Positions 20,294 to 30,840 of a DNA stretch of 64,000 nucleotides are shown here, piece after piece (the first letter of the stretch is position 1; each line of letters begins with the position of its first letter). Source of the stretch: Desulfobacterales bacterium (GTDB taxonomy: Bacteria; Desulfobacterota; Desulfobacteria; Desulfobacterales; UBA2174); contig CAXXWC010000013.1 in the NCBI GenBank assembly GCA_963668645.2, positions 243,615 to 307,614 of the forward strand. The letters are read 5' to 3'. A program made the position numbers and the translations under genes. A model generated the notes under the pieces. That model did not search any database, was not told where the DNA came from, and was given only the letters and a program-made list of their open reading frames with translations.

Positions 20294-22267
20294 ATGGCAT
20301 TACCGAACAAGCCCCTTGGAGAACTCAAGGCTGTAAAGGATCCGGCTGTTGAGGAGCGTGACGTTGATATCCTGATCGTGGGCGGCGGCATGGCGGCCTG
20401 CGGCGCGGCTTTCGAAATCAAGAAGTGGGCCGCTGATAAGAAGATCCTTTTGGTGGACAAGGCCGCCATGGAGCGTTCCGGCGCCGTGGCTCAGGGCCTG
20501 TCGGCCATCAACACCTACATCGGCGAGAACAGCCCGGACGATTACGTCCGTATGGTGCGCAACGACCTGATGGGCATCGTGCGTGAAGACCTGATCTTCG
20601 ACCTGGGCTGCCACGTGGATGACTCGGTCCATCTGTTCGAGGAATGGGGACTGCCGATCTGGAAAAAGAACGCCGAAGGCAAAAACCTCGACGGCAAGAA
20701 GGGCCAGACCATGGGCACCCTCAAGGGGGGCGCCAAGCCGGTGCGTACCGGCAAGTGGCAGATCATGATCAACGGCGAGTCCTACAAGCGCGTGGTGGCC
20801 GAGGCGGCCAAGAAGGCACTGGGCGAGGACAACATCCTCGAGCGCGTCTTCATCGTCAAGCTGCTCCTGGACGCCAACGTGGAAAACCAGATCGCCGGCG
20901 CTCTCGGGTTCTCGGTGCGCGAGAACAAGGTCTACGTCATCAAGTGCAAGACCATGATGGTTGCCTGCGGCGGCGCGGTCAACATCTACCAGCCGCGTTC
21001 GGTGGGCGAGGGCAAAGGCCGTGCCTGGTACCCGGTGTGGAACTCCGGTTCGACCTACACCCTGTGCATGCAGGTCGGCGCCGAGCTGTCGATGATGGAA
21101 AACCGTTTCACCCCGGCGCGCTTCAAGGACGGTTACGGCCCGGTCGGCGCCTGGTTCCTGCTGTTCAAGGCCAAGACCCTCAACGGTCTGGGAGAGGCCT
21201 TCGCCGGCAGCGACGCTGCCAAGGCCGAGCTGGAAAAATACGCGCCTTACGGCACTGCCGCCATCACCCCCACCTGCCTGCGCAACCACCTGATGCTCTT
21301 CGAGATGAAGGAAGGCCGCGGCCCGATCATCATGGACACCGTCACCGCGCTGGCCGAGCTGGGCAAGACCATGGACAAGAAGGAGCTCAAGCACCTCGAG
21401 TCCGAGGCCTGGGAAGACTTCCTGGATATGACTTGCGGCCAGGCCAACCTGTGGTGCGCCCAGAACTGCGAGCCCGAAAAGAAGAACTCCGAGGTTATGC
21501 CCACCGAGCCGTACCTGCTCGGCAGCCACTCGGGGTGCTGCGGCCTGTGGACCTCCGGCCCGGATTACGACTGGATCCCGGATGCCTACAAGATCAAGGC
21601 CCGCAACGGCAAGGTCTACAACCGCATGACCACGGTCGAAGGTCTGTTCACCTCCGGCGACGGCGTGGGCTGCTCCGGCCACAAGTTCTCCTCCGGCTCG
21701 CACGCCGAAGGCCGCATGGCCGCCAAGCAGATGGCCAAGTACGCCCGCGATTTTGCCGACTTCGCCCCGGCCCTGAAGCAGTCCGCCGCCGAGCTGGTCG
21801 ACGTCGCTTACAAGCCGGTGCACACCTTCCTGGAGCACTCCGCTTACACCACCGCGGTGGACATCAACCCCAACTACATCAAACCCAACGGGATGATGTA
21901 CCGGTTGATGAAGGCCGGTCACGAGTACGGCGCCGGCACGGCGACCTTCTACATGACCAGCAGCAAGTGCCTCGAAATTCTGATGGATCTGCTGGCCACC
22001 ATGCGCGAAGACTGCGAGAAACTGGCCGCCGGCGACCTGCACGAACTGATGCGCGCCTGGGAGATCCAGCACCGCATCTGGACGCTCGAGGCCCACATCC
22101 GCCATATCCAGTTCCGCAAGGAAACCCGCTATCCGGGCTTCTACTACCAGTCGGACTACCCGGGCCAGGACGACGAGAACTGGTTCTGCTTCACCAACAG
22201 CAAGTACGACTTCGCCAACGACAAGTGGGAATGCTTCAAGCGCGATTACATCAAGATCATCCCGTAA
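20294..22267 (+). CDS. aprA: Adenylylsulfate reductase alpha subunit
   Basis: RSGAVAQGLSAINTY, WQIMINGESYK and GHKFSSGSH motifs. Confidence 0.98.
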   Translation: MALPNKPLGELKAVKDPAVEERDVDILIVGGGMAACGAAFEIKKWAADKKILLVDKAAMERSGAVAQGLSAINTYIGENSPDDYVRMVRNDLMGIVREDLIFDLGCHVDDSVHLFEEWGLPIWKKNAEGKNLDGKKGQTMGTLKGGAKPVRTGKWQIMINGESYKRVVAEAAKKALGEDNILERVFIVKLLLDANVENQIAGALGFSVRENKVYVIKCKTMMVACGGAVNIYQPRSVGEGKGRAWYPVWNSGSTYTLCMQVGAELSMMENRFTPARFKDGYGPVGAWFLLFKAKTLNGLGEAFAGSDAAKAELEKYAPYGTAAITPTCLRNHLMLFEMKEGRGPIIMDTVTALAELGKTMDKKELKHLESEAWEDFLDMTCGQANLWCAQNCEPEKKNSEVMPTEPYLLGSHSGCCGLWTSGPDYDWIPDAYKIKARNGKVYNRMTTVEGLFTSGDGVGCSGHKFSSGSHAEGRMAAKQMAKYARDFADFAPALKQSAAELVDVAYKPVHTFLEHSAYTTAVDINPNYIKPNGMMYRLMKAGHEYGAGTATFYMTSSKCLEILMDLLATMREDCEKLAAGDLHELMRAWEIQHRIWTLEAHIRHIQFRKETRYPGFYYQSDYPGQDDENWFCFTNSKYDFANDKWECFKRDYIKIIP

Positions 22268-22302
22268 TGTCGGCTATGAAGACGGTTTCGTACACTGCAT
22301 GA

Positions 22303-22345
22303 CAAAACACCTCCAGGTGCCTTCCGGCACCTGGAGGTTTTTGTT
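22303..22345 (+). terminator. Intrinsic terminator after aprA
   Basis: 13-bp perfect stem ACCTCCAGGTGCC-TTCC-GGCACCTGGAGGT followed by TTTTGTT. Confidence 0.85.
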
Positions 22346-22511
22346 CATTATCCGGACTGCCTCCCGCTTAGCGGCCGGCACTGTGTCCAGTTGCCTGAGC
22401 GGTCCGCCTCCGGACCTTTGAGGCATTTGGACACGGTGGCATACCGGCGCGTAATTTCGCGCCATGGCGATTGTTTTCGGGATGCAACGATTACTTTGCA
22501 CGGAGGAGAGC

Positions 22512-23789
22512 ATGACAACAGAACAAGCAGCCCCGGTGAGCGGCAGTATCCTGGTGGTCGGCGGCGGCATCAGCGGGTTGACCACCGCGCTGGAAGCGGC
22601 CGAAGTCGGATACGAGGTTTTTGTGGTGGAAAAGAACCCCTATCTTGGCGGCCGCGTGGCGCAGCTCAACCAGTATTTTCCCAAGCTGTGCCCCCCGACC
22701 TGCGGCCTGGAGATCAACTTCCGGCGCATCAAGGACAATCCGCGCATCAAGATCCTGACCCTGGCCGAGGTGGAAAAGGTTACCGGCGGGCCGGGCGACT
22801 ACGAGGCCACCGTGCGCATCAACCCGCGCTACGTCAATGAGAAATGCACCTGCTGCGGGGCTTGCGCCGAAGCGTGCCAGACCGAGGTGGTCAACGATTT
22901 CAACTTCGGCATGGACCGCATCAAAGGCGCCTATCTGCCCCATCCGATGGCCTTTCCGGCCCGCTATGTGATCTCGCCGCAGATCGTGGGCGGCGAAGAC
23001 GGCAAACGCTGCGCCGAAGCGTGCGCTTACGGAGCGGTGGAGCTGGACATGGCGCCCAGGACGGTGAGCCTCAAGGTGGGAGCCGTGGTCTGGGCCACGG
23101 GCTGGGAGCCGTATGATGCCACCAAGATCGACAACCTGGGCTTCGGCCGCTATGCGAACATCATCACCAATATGATGATGGAGCGCATGGCTTCACCTTG
23201 CGGCCCGACCGGGGGCAAGATCCAGCGGCCTTCTGACGGTCAGGCCCCGGCCTCCATCGGATTCGTGCAGTGCGCCGGCAGCCGCGATGAGAACCATCTG
23301 CCGTACTGTTCGTATATCTGCTGTATGGCGTCGCTCAAGCAGGCCACCTATATCCGGGCGCAGTACCCGGACGCCAAGATCTACATTTTCTACATCGATC
23401 TTCGGGCTCCGGGCTATCGCTACGAGCGCTTCTACAAGAAGATCCAGGAAGACCCGAACGTTTTCTTCGTCAAGGGCAAGGTTGCCGAGGTCGAAGAGAA
23501 TCCGGCCGACCAAAGCGTTACCGTGACGGCCGAGAACGCGGTTACCGGCGAGAAGATTCACCAGACGGTGGATCTGGTGGTGCTGGCCACGGGCATGCAG
23601 CCCACGGCGGCTGACGCGCCGCTGCCGGCCGATCTGAAGATGACCGAGGACGGGTTCGTGATCAACGACTTTGGGCGGGGCGGGATGTTCGCCACCGGGT
23701 GTGCGGCCAAACCCGCAGACGTGGTGTCCAGCAACCAGAACGCCACCGGCATGGCCCTTAAAGCGATTCAAACCCTGGTGAAGCGGTAG
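22512..23789 (+). CDS. qmoA: Quinone-interacting membrane-bound oxidoreductase subunit A (HdrA-like)
   Basis: GGGISG, YFPKLCPPTCGLEIN, QCAGSRDE and CSYICCMASLKQ motifs; directly downstream of aprA; GGAGG RBS before ATG 22512. Confidence 0.95.
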   Translation: MTTEQAAPVSGSILVVGGGISGLTTALEAAEVGYEVFVVEKNPYLGGRVAQLNQYFPKLCPPTCGLEINFRRIKDNPRIKILTLAEVEKVTGGPGDYEATVRINPRYVNEKCTCCGACAEACQTEVVNDFNFGMDRIKGAYLPHPMAFPARYVISPQIVGGEDGKRCAEACAYGAVELDMAPRTVSLKVGAVVWATGWEPYDATKIDNLGFGRYANIITNMMMERMASPCGPTGGKIQRPSDGQAPASIGFVQCAGSRDENHLPYCSYICCMASLKQATYIRAQYPDAKIYIFYIDLRAPGYRYERFYKKIQEDPNVFFVKGKVAEVEENPADQSVTVTAENAVTGEKIHQTVDLVVLATGMQPTAADAPLPADLKMTEDGFVINDFGRGGMFATGCAAKPADVVSSNQNATGMALKAIQTLVKR

Positions 23790-23801
23790 GAGGTTCGATC
23801 C

Positions 23802-26138
23802 ATGGATAAAAAATACGGAGTCTACGTTTGCACAGGCTGTGGCATCGGGGAATCGCTGGATATTGCGGCCCTGGGCGAGGTGGCCGGTGAGGAGGGTTTT
23901 CCGGTCCAGCAGCACGCGTTTTTGTGCGGTTCTGAAGGGGCCGAGCTGATCAAGAAGGACATCGCGGAAAAAGGGATCAACTCGCTGGTGGTGTGCGCCT
24001 GTTCACGGCGGGTTAATTTCGATGTTTTTCGCTACGAGGGGTGCATCGTCGAGCGCGTCAATCTGCGCGAGCAGGTGGTTTGGAGCCATCCACGGGACAA
24101 GTTTCCCAAACTGACCGAAGAGGAGATCGCCGGCGGCGATGCCTTCGATCGGGTTCAGATGATGGCCGAGGACTACCTGCGGATGGGCATGGCACGGGTC
24201 AAGAAGGTGACCCTGCCCGAGGCGTATCAGGTGGAAAGCCTGTCGCGGCGCATCCTGGTGATCGGCGGCGGGATGACCGGGATGGCTGCGGCCCTGGATG
24301 CGGCCAAGGCCGGCTACGAGGTGACCATCGTTGAAAAGAGCGGGGCCCTCGGCGGTCATGCGACCCACTGGCGCAACCAACTGCCGGTTCAGATGCCATA
24401 CGCCGAGCCGATCGCTCCCCAGGTGACCGAGACCATTGCGGCGGTGCAGGCCGAAGCCAAGATCACGGTCAAGACCGAGACGGTGGTGGCGCGCATCGCC
24501 GGCGAGCCGGGCAACTTCACCGTGACGCTGAAAAAGCCGGGCGAAAAGATCGAATTCGACGTTCCCTTCCCGCTGCCGCCGGAGATGAAAGTCGACGAAA
24601 ACGGCAAGGACCTGGATGTCGAAAAGCTCGCCGAGGCTTACAAAGAATACAACAAGGGCAGAAACGACATTTTGACCATCGACCCGGACGGGGAAAAGTT
24701 CGGAGCCGTGGTGCTGGCCGCCGGATGGCGCGCCTGGCAGCCTGAAGCCGGCCAACTGGCCCATTACGGGTTCGGCGAACTGGCCGATGTGATTTCCAAC
24801 GAGCAGTTCGAGAAGATCGCCAAGGAGGGTAAGATCAAGCGCCCCTCGGACGGCCGGGAGGCCAAGCGGGTGGTCTTCGTTCAGAGCCCCGGCCAGGGCG
24901 ACGACGGCGATTTTGCCTACACCGGCTCGGTCACCTCCATGGTGAGCCTCAAGCAGGCCAAGTACGTGCGCGAGGACTACGACGACGGCCAAGCCTATGT
25001 GTTTTATCAGCATATGCGCACTCCGGGCCAGATGGAGTACTTTTACAAGAGCATCCAGCAGGATCCGGGCATATTCCTGACCAAGGGCGAGGTGGTCAAG
25101 GTGAGCGGCAACGGGGACGGGCTGGTGGTGGAAGCCGACAATACGTTGCTGGGCGAAAAGATCCAGGTCAAGGCGGACCTGGTGGTGCTGGCCACGGGGA
25201 TGGTGCCGGTGACGGTGGACGATCCGGTGGTCAACCTGGCCTACCGCCAGGGACCTGGATTTCGCGACAATGCCCTTTACGACGGCTACTGCGATTCGAA
25301 TTTCATCTGCTTTCCCTACGAGACCCAGCGCACCGGGATTTACGCAGCCGGGGCGATCCGGCGGGCCATGACGGTCGAGGAGGCCGTGGATGATGCGGCC
25401 GGTGCGGCCCTCAAGGCGATCCAGTGCGTCGAGTCGGTCAACCGGGGCGTGGCGGTTCATCCGCGCTCGGGGGACATGACCTTTCCGGATTTCTTTTTCC
25501 AGCGCTGTACCCAGTGCAAGCGGTGCACCGAGGAATGCCCCTTCGGGGCCCTGGACGACGACGCCAAAGGCACCCCCAAGCCGAATCCGGCCCGCTGCCG
25601 GCGCTGCGGCACCTGCATGGGGGCTTGTCCGGAGCGGATCATTGGTTTTGCCGACTACAACATCGATTCGATCGGCTCGCAGGTCAAAGCGGTGGGCGTG
25701 CCCAGCGAGGACGATTACAGCGAACCGCCCTTCCGTATCCTCGGGCTGGTCTGCGAAAACGACGCTTATCCGGCCCTCGACATGGCCGGTCTCAAGGGCC
25801 TTTCCTTTTCGGCCGACGTGCGGCTGATCCCGGTGCGTTGCCTCGGGTCGGTGAACGTGATCTGGATCAAGGACGCCCTTTCCCAGGGCATGGACGGGGT
25901 CTTTCTGCTCGGCTGCAAGCACGGCGACGACTACCAGTGCCATTTTGTCAAAGGCAGCGAGCTCGCCTCGATCCGCATGAAGAAGATCGGCGAAGCCCTG
26001 GCCAGCCTGGCGCTTGAAAACGAGCGGGTGGCCCAGTTCGAAATCGCCATCGACGAATACGACAAGGTGCCCCAAATCATCAACGAGTTCGTGGATTCGG
26101 TCGAGGCCCTGGGCCCCAATCCGTTCAAGGGCTTCTAA
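23802..26138 (+). CDS. qmoB: QmoB (HdrA-MvhD fusion)
   Basis: YVCTGCGIG, SNFICFPYET, two ferredoxin motifs, CENDAYPALD and GCKHGDDYQCHF; ends GPNPFKGF. Confidence 0.95.
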   Translation: MDKKYGVYVCTGCGIGESLDIAALGEVAGEEGFPVQQHAFLCGSEGAELIKKDIAEKGINSLVVCACSRRVNFDVFRYEGCIVERVNLREQVVWSHPRDKFPKLTEEEIAGGDAFDRVQMMAEDYLRMGMARVKKVTLPEAYQVESLSRRILVIGGGMTGMAAALDAAKAGYEVTIVEKSGALGGHATHWRNQLPVQMPYAEPIAPQVTETIAAVQAEAKITVKTETVVARIAGEPGNFTVTLKKPGEKIEFDVPFPLPPEMKVDENGKDLDVEKLAEAYKEYNKGRNDILTIDPDGEKFGAVVLAAGWRAWQPEAGQLAHYGFGELADVISNEQFEKIAKEGKIKRPSDGREAKRVVFVQSPGQGDDGDFAYTGSVTSMVSLKQAKYVREDYDDGQAYVFYQHMRTPGQMEYFYKSIQQDPGIFLTKGEVVKVSGNGDGLVVEADNTLLGEKIQVKADLVVLATGMVPVTVDDPVVNLAYRQGPGFRDNALYDGYCDSNFICFPYETQRTGIYAAGAIRRAMTVEEAVDDAAGAALKAIQCVESVNRGVAVHPRSGDMTFPDFFFQRCTQCKRCTEECPFGALDDDAKGTPKPNPARCRRCGTCMGACPERIIGFADYNIDSIGSQVKAVGVPSEDDYSEPPFRILGLVCENDAYPALDMAGLKGLSFSADVRLIPVRCLGSVNVIWIKDALSQGMDGVFLLGCKHGDDYQCHFVKGSELASIRMKKIGEALASLALENERVAQFEIAIDEYDKVPQIINEFVDSVEALGPNPFKGF

Positions 26139-26198
26139 TCAAGACCGATCGGCAGATGCGATCTTTCTAAACGACTGCCGCGTGAGGAGGAAGACGAT

Positions 26199-27332
26199 AT
26201 GGCGCAAAGATACCTGGTTGAACCCGATGTGGGGTTTGTCAAGGAGGTGATCAGCCTCGGGGGGGTGGACGTCAAGAAATGTTTTCAGTGTGCCACATGT
26301 TCGGTGGCCTGCCCCATTTCTCCCGACACTCGTCCCTTTCCCCGCAAGGAGATGATTGCTGCAGGCTGGGGCTTGAAAGACAAATTGATCGGCAACGGCG
26401 ATATCTGGCTGTGCCACAACTGCGGGGACTGTTCCACCCTGTGTCCCCGGGGGGCCAAGCCTGGCGATGTGCTCGCCGCCCTGCGCATGGCCACCATCCG
26501 GGCCTACGCCAAGCCCAAGATCCTGGCCGACTGGGTCAACGACAAGAGCAAGCTACCGATTCTGCTGGCCATTCCGGCGGTGATCTTCCTCGTTTTGGGG
26601 CTGATCACCGGTCTGCTCGATTTTACCCCGGGCGGTGACGAGATTGAACACGCCAAGTTTTTTTCCACTTGGCTGGTGGATCTGATCATGATCCCGACCT
26701 TCTTTTTCGCCGTGGCGGTTTTCGGTCTGGGATTGAAGAACTTCATCGCCGACATGCACGCCGACGCCCTGGCCAACGGCAAGACCGCCAAGACCGATCT
26801 GAATCTCAAGGAGCTGCTCCAGGCCTTGGGGCGGGTGATCCTGACGGTCCTCAAGCACGATAAGTTCAACGAGTGCGGCGAGAACCGCGAGCGAGCCACG
26901 GCCCATATGATGGTTTTGTTCGGCTTTATCGGGCTGTTCATCGTGACCAATATCTTTTTTGTCACCCTTTACGTGTTCCAGATCCATGGACCTTACTCCC
27001 AGCTCAATCCGGTCAAGTGGCTGGCCAATGTCGCGGGGGTGTCCCTGGTGATCGGCGCTTTGCTGATGATTCGCACCAGGATGAACAAGAAAGACCAAGT
27101 GTCGTCATACAGCGACTGGTTTCTTATCGGCCTGGCCCTGATGCTCGGCCTGACCGGTATGCTCACCGAGATGACCCGGCTGGGCGGGATGGCCGGGACT
27201 TCCTATTTCCTCTATTTTGTCCACCTGATGTTCGTCTGGTCCCTGTTTTGCTACGTGCCTTTTTCAAAACTGGCCCATCTGGTCTACCGCACCGCGGCCA
27301 TGACCTACAACGAGTGGGCGGGACGAAAATAA
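26199..27332 (+). CDS. qmoC: QmoC (HdrC-like Fe-S domain plus cytochrome b membrane domain)
   Basis: CFQCATCSVACP, WLCHNCGDCSTLCPRG, transmembrane helices and PFSKLAHLVYR. Confidence 0.95.
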   Translation: MAQRYLVEPDVGFVKEVISLGGVDVKKCFQCATCSVACPISPDTRPFPRKEMIAAGWGLKDKLIGNGDIWLCHNCGDCSTLCPRGAKPGDVLAALRMATIRAYAKPKILADWVNDKSKLPILLAIPAVIFLVLGLITGLLDFTPGGDEIEHAKFFSTWLVDLIMIPTFFFAVAVFGLGLKNFIADMHADALANGKTAKTDLNLKELLQALGRVILTVLKHDKFNECGENRERATAHMMVLFGFIGLFIVTNIFFVTLYVFQIHGPYSQLNPVKWLANVAGVSLVIGALLMIRTRMNKKDQVSSYSDWFLIGLALMLGLTGMLTEMTRLGGMAGTSYFLYFVHLMFVWSLFCYVPFSKLAHLVYRTAAMTYNEWAGRK

Positions 27333-27430
27333 AAACAGGGCGTTCTTCCTTGCGGAAGAACGCCCTGTTTTTTAGTGTAACGCTTAAATCAAAACGGCGC
27401 TAGCCCTTCACAGAGGGCAAGCGCCGTTTC
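27331..27430. terminator. Two hairpin terminators between convergent qmoC and sat
   Basis: AAAAACAGGGCGTTCTTCC/GGAAGAACGCCCTGTTTTT (27331-27373) and AAACGGCGCT.GCCCT/AGGGC.AGCGCCGTTT (27391-27430). Confidence 0.85.
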
Positions 27431-27447
27431 TTGTTTACGGCAGATTT

Positions 27448-28728
27448 TTATTTGACGTCGCCGGTGGCAGCGGCATGGGTCTTGATTTCGACCTTCTCGG
27501 TCAATCCTTCGTAGTAGTCACGCAGGATGGCGACGACTTCGTCGCGGCCGAAATGATCGGGCAGTTCCAGACCTTCTGAAAGCATCTTGCGCAGCATGGT
27601 CCCCGAGAGGAGCACCCGGTCGGCCTTGTCATGGGGGCAGGTCCGCAACGAGGCCATCCCGTCGCACTTGTGGCAGTAGAAGGTCCAGTCGATCTTCAGC
27701 GGGGAGCAGAGCAGGGCCTTTCCTGCCTCTTCCGGCTTGGGAATCTTGTCGAAGATCGTCTGGGCTTCGAACATGCCGTAAAAGTCGCCCACACCGGCAT
27801 GGTCGCGGCCGATGATCATACGCGAGCATCCGTAGTTCTGGCGGAAGGTGGCGTGCAGCAGGGCTTCGCGCGGGCCGGCGTAGCGCATGTCGAGAGGATA
27901 GCCGCCCTGGACCACGTTCTTGGGCACGAAGTAGTTCTGCACCAGGGAGTCGATGCACTTGACGCGCACCTCGGCGGGGATGTCGCCCGGCTTGAGATTG
28001 CCCACCAGGGAGTGGATGTAGACGCCGTCGCAAACCTCAACCGCGATCTTGCACAGGTATTCGTGGCTGCGGTGCATCGGGTTGCGAAGCTGCAAGGCGG
28101 CGATCTCCTTCCAGCCGCGCTCTTCGAAGATCTTGCGCGATTCGGCCGGGCGCTGGTAGACGCCGGGGTACTTGCTCGGGTAGCCGCCTTCGCTCAGGAC
28201 CTTGACCGGACCGGCCAGGTTGACATCCTTCTGGGCCATGACCATTTGCACGCCCGGATGGTCGTCCTTGGCAATCTTCCAGAATTCCTCGGCGGTCGGG
28301 GTGCCTTCACCCATGAAAATCTTTTCGCATTCCCATATTTTGTCGGCCTCGGTCATCTCGTACTTCTCGGTGACCTGCATGGTGGCCATGATCTTGCCGC
28401 CGTCTTTGGAAACCAGGGCGATTTCCTGTCCCACGGTGATGGCCGCCGCATCGTCCGCGGTGGTCGAAAGGGTCACCGGAACCGGCCAGAAGGTGCCGTC
28501 GGCCAGAAGGTAGTTTTCGCAAACGCCCTTCCAGTCGGCCTTGGTCATGAAGCTGGTCAGCGGGCTGAACCCGCCGATGCCCATCATGATCAGGTCGCCT
28601 TCCTCACGGCTGGAAATCTCGACTTTCTTCAGCCCTTCGGCTTTTTTCAGCTCGGCTTCGCGTTCGGCACCTTCCAGCAAGCAGGTGGTCAAGCCTTTGC
28701 CGCCATGGGGGGGAATAAGTTGTGACAT
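27448..28728 (-). CDS. sat: Sulfate adenylyltransferase
   Basis: [33 protein letters not shown] and LSGTMLR motifs. Confidence 0.98.
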   Translation of the reverse strand: MSQLIPPHGGKGLTTCLLEGAEREAELKKAEGLKKVEISSREEGDLIMMGIGGFSPLTSFMTKADWKGVCENYLLADGTFWPVPVTLSTTADDAAAITVGQEIALVSKDGGKIMATMQVTEKYEMTEADKIWECEKIFMGEGTPTAEEFWKIAKDDHPGVQMVMAQKDVNLAGPVKVLSEGGYPSKYPGVYQRPAESRKIFEERGWKEIAALQLRNPMHRSHEYLCKIAVEVCDGVYIHSLVGNLKPGDIPAEVRVKCIDSLVQNYFVPKNVVQGGYPLDMRYAGPREALLHATFRQNYGCSRMIIGRDHAGVGDFYGMFEAQTIFDKIPKPEEAGKALLCSPLKIDWTFYCHKCDGMASLRTCPHDKADRVLLSGTMLRKMLSEGLELPDHFGRDEVVAILRDYYEGLTEKVEIKTHAAATGDVK

Positions 28729-28891
28729 GTCCCGTCCTCTCCTTTCGATGTTAAATTGAGTGGGGTTGCTTCGTCTGTCCGGACGATTGTCTGCGTGGGG
28801 TTCAAGGTACGCTTCTTATAAAGGTAGGAGCGGATTGTCAAGGGAAATGAAGCCGGTGGCAGCGGCTCGGAAAACATGCCGGATAAAAAGC

Positions 28892-28921
28892 AAAAAACCC
28901 GATCCGCGGAAGCGGGTCGGG
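28892..28921 (-). terminator. Intrinsic terminator after the tRNA-Ser pair
   Basis: Minus strand reads CCCGACCCGC-TTCC-GCGGATCGGG-TTTTTT. Confidence 0.75.
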
Positions 28922-28933
28922 CCATGGTCAGGG

Positions 28934-29026
28934 TGGCGGAGAGAGAGGGATTCGAACCCTCGGTGCAGTTTTAGCCGCACACTCGCTTAGCAGGCGAGCG
29001 CCTTCAGCCGACTCGGCCATCTCTCC
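28934..29026 (-). tRNA. tRNA-Ser(GCT)
   Basis: GGAGAGA acceptor stem, anticodon arm CTCGC-CTGCTAA-GCGAG, long variable arm, GGTTCGAATCC, encoded CCA. Confidence 0.97.
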
Positions 29027-29036
29027 ATTGGGTCCC

Positions 29037-29122
29037 TGGCGGAGGGAGTAGGATTCGAACCCACGGAGCTTTCGCTCAACGGTTTTCAAGACCGCCGCCT
29101 TAAACCACTCGGCCATCCCTCC
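29037..29122 (-). tRNA. tRNA-Ser(TGA)
   Basis: GGAGGGA acceptor stem, anticodon arm GCGGT-CTTGAAA-ACCGT, long variable arm, GGTTCGAATCC, encoded CCA. Confidence 0.97.
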
Positions 29123-29274
29123 TTGCCTTGAGGGGATCTCCTTACCATCATTAAAGCAAGGGGTCAACCATGATCCTTGATAATCGATATTGACAGAATA
29201 AAGCTTTTATGGTTTTTGTAAACTCCTTGATAATCCGAGAAGATACAAATTGAAAGGGACAAGGGAATCATCCG

Positions 29275-29745
29275 ATGAAACATAAGTACACTGTTTCGTG
29301 TGATGGAGCTCAAAAGCAGCTTATCATCAGCGAATACGCCGAGTTGGACAAAGAAATGTTTTCGCTTCTCTGTGAAGAGCGCTACAGTGAGGAGAAGATG
29401 CGATCCGCCCTGGCGCAAGGCACCGACGCCTTGATCACCGCCTTTCGCACCCGCAACTTTTATCCCACCTGTACCTTCGCCGGCAGAATTGCGGCCGCGA
29501 TCACGACCCTCTTGACCCAGGATCAGACCGACCCGGTGGAAATCATCCTGGACGATGCCGATTTTCTCAGCCGCCAGGTGGCCGAGGCTCCCGAACACGT
29601 TGAAAGGGAAGAGGAGTCCGAGGATATCGATGATCTGCTGGATGATAATGTGGAAGAAGAGTTCGACGATCTTGACATCGACAAGATCAATTCCGGGATC
29701 AAGATCGCCGATGACGATGCGCCAGACATCGAAGAGGAGGTCTGA
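29275..29745 (+). CDS. Hypothetical protein with a very acidic C-terminal tail
   Basis: Clean ORF with host-like codon usage; tail EEESEDIDDLLDDNVEEEFDDLDID. Confidence 0.75.
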   Translation: MKHKYTVSCDGAQKQLIISEYAELDKEMFSLLCEERYSEEKMRSALAQGTDALITAFRTRNFYPTCTFAGRIAAAITTLLTQDQTDPVEIILDDADFLSRQVAEAPEHVEREEESEDIDDLLDDNVEEEFDDLDIDKINSGIKIADDDAPDIEEEV

Positions 29746-29854
29746 CCCCTAAAACAACTGCGATTTTCAGCCTCGCTGAGCTGTTGAGGCAGGCTTGTGC
29801 CGAGAAGTGAAGTTCACTGTTCATGCCACTCGCAACCGCACTAAGGAGGTGCTA

Positions 29855-30796
29855 ATGGAACAGGAGAAACGCTTTTATGAACGGCTGGAAGCCCGCGGTA
29901 TTTCACGCAGAAGCTTCATGAAATACTGCACCGCCCTCACGGCGACGATGGGGCTTTCGGCGGCCTATGTCCCCAAGGTTGCCGAGGTCTTTGCCGCACC
30001 CAAGCAGCGGCCGCCTGTGGTGTGGCTCCATTTTGGCGAGTGCACCGGTTGTTCCGAATCGCTGCTGCGGTCCCAGTATCCATATGTTGATGATCTGGTT
30101 TTGGAAGTGCTCTCCATCGAGTACCATGAGACCATCATGGCCGCCGCGGGTTATCAGGCGGAAGAAGCGCTGCACGCCGCCGTCAAGAAATACGCCGGCA
30201 AGTTCATCTGCGTGGTGGAAGGATCCATCGCCACGGCTTATGACGGCGGCTACGGCAAGGTCGGCGGCCGCACTTTCCTGGAGATCGCCAAGGAGGTGGT
30301 CCCCCAGGCGGCGGCCACCATCGCTTACGGCACCTGCGCCTGCTTCGGCGGCGTTCCGGCGGCCAAGCCCAACCCGGGCGGCTACAAGGGGGTCAAGGAT
30401 GCCATCGGTGTGAGCACCCTCAACATTCCCGGCTGCCCACCCAATCCCATCAACCTGGTCGGTACGATCGTCAATTATCTTCTCTTGGGCAAGCTGCCGG
30501 CGCTGGACGATATGGGCCGTCCCATGTTCGCCTACGGCAAAACGATTCATGATCAGTGCCCGCGCCGCGCCCACTTCGAAAACGGCGAGTTCGTGGAACA
30601 ATTCGGTTCGGAAGAAGCCGCCATGGGGTATTGCCTCTACAAGGTCGGTTGCCGGGGGCCGGAAACTTACAACAACTGCCCCGTGGCCAAGTTCAACGAC
30701 GGGACCAGTTGGCCGGTCGAAGCCGGACATCCCTGCATCGGGTGCAGCCAGCCCGATTTCTGGGATACCATGACCCCATTCTATGAAGAAATGTAG
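29855..30796 (+). CDS. Periplasmic [NiFe] hydrogenase small subunit
   Basis: Tat motif [27 protein letters not shown] and HPCIGC motifs; AAGGAGG RBS; no C-terminal membrane anchor. Confidence 0.95.
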   Translation: MEQEKRFYERLEARGISRRSFMKYCTALTATMGLSAAYVPKVAEVFAAPKQRPPVVWLHFGECTGCSESLLRSQYPYVDDLVLEVLSIEYHETIMAAAGYQAEEALHAAVKKYAGKFICVVEGSIATAYDGGYGKVGGRTFLEIAKEVVPQAAATIAYGTCACFGGVPAAKPNPGGYKGVKDAIGVSTLNIPGCPPNPINLVGTIVNYLLLGKLPALDDMGRPMFAYGKTIHDQCPRRAHFENGEFVEQFGSEEAAMGYCLYKVGCRGPETYNNCPVAKFNDGTSWPVEAGHPCIGCSQPDFWDTMTPFYEEM

Positions 30797-30840
30797 CCGC
30801 CTGAGCCAAAATCTTCAAGAAGAAGAGAGGAGATATCCAT

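Noticed and set aside
29037..29122. Possible selenocysteine or suppressor tRNA
   Set aside because: The anticodon is TGA (reads UCA, Ser), not TCA, and the acceptor stem is a normal 7 bp.
28934..29122. tRNA-anchored integrative element
   Set aside because: The tRNA 3' ends lead to a terminator and sat. I saw no integrase or duplicated att fragment.
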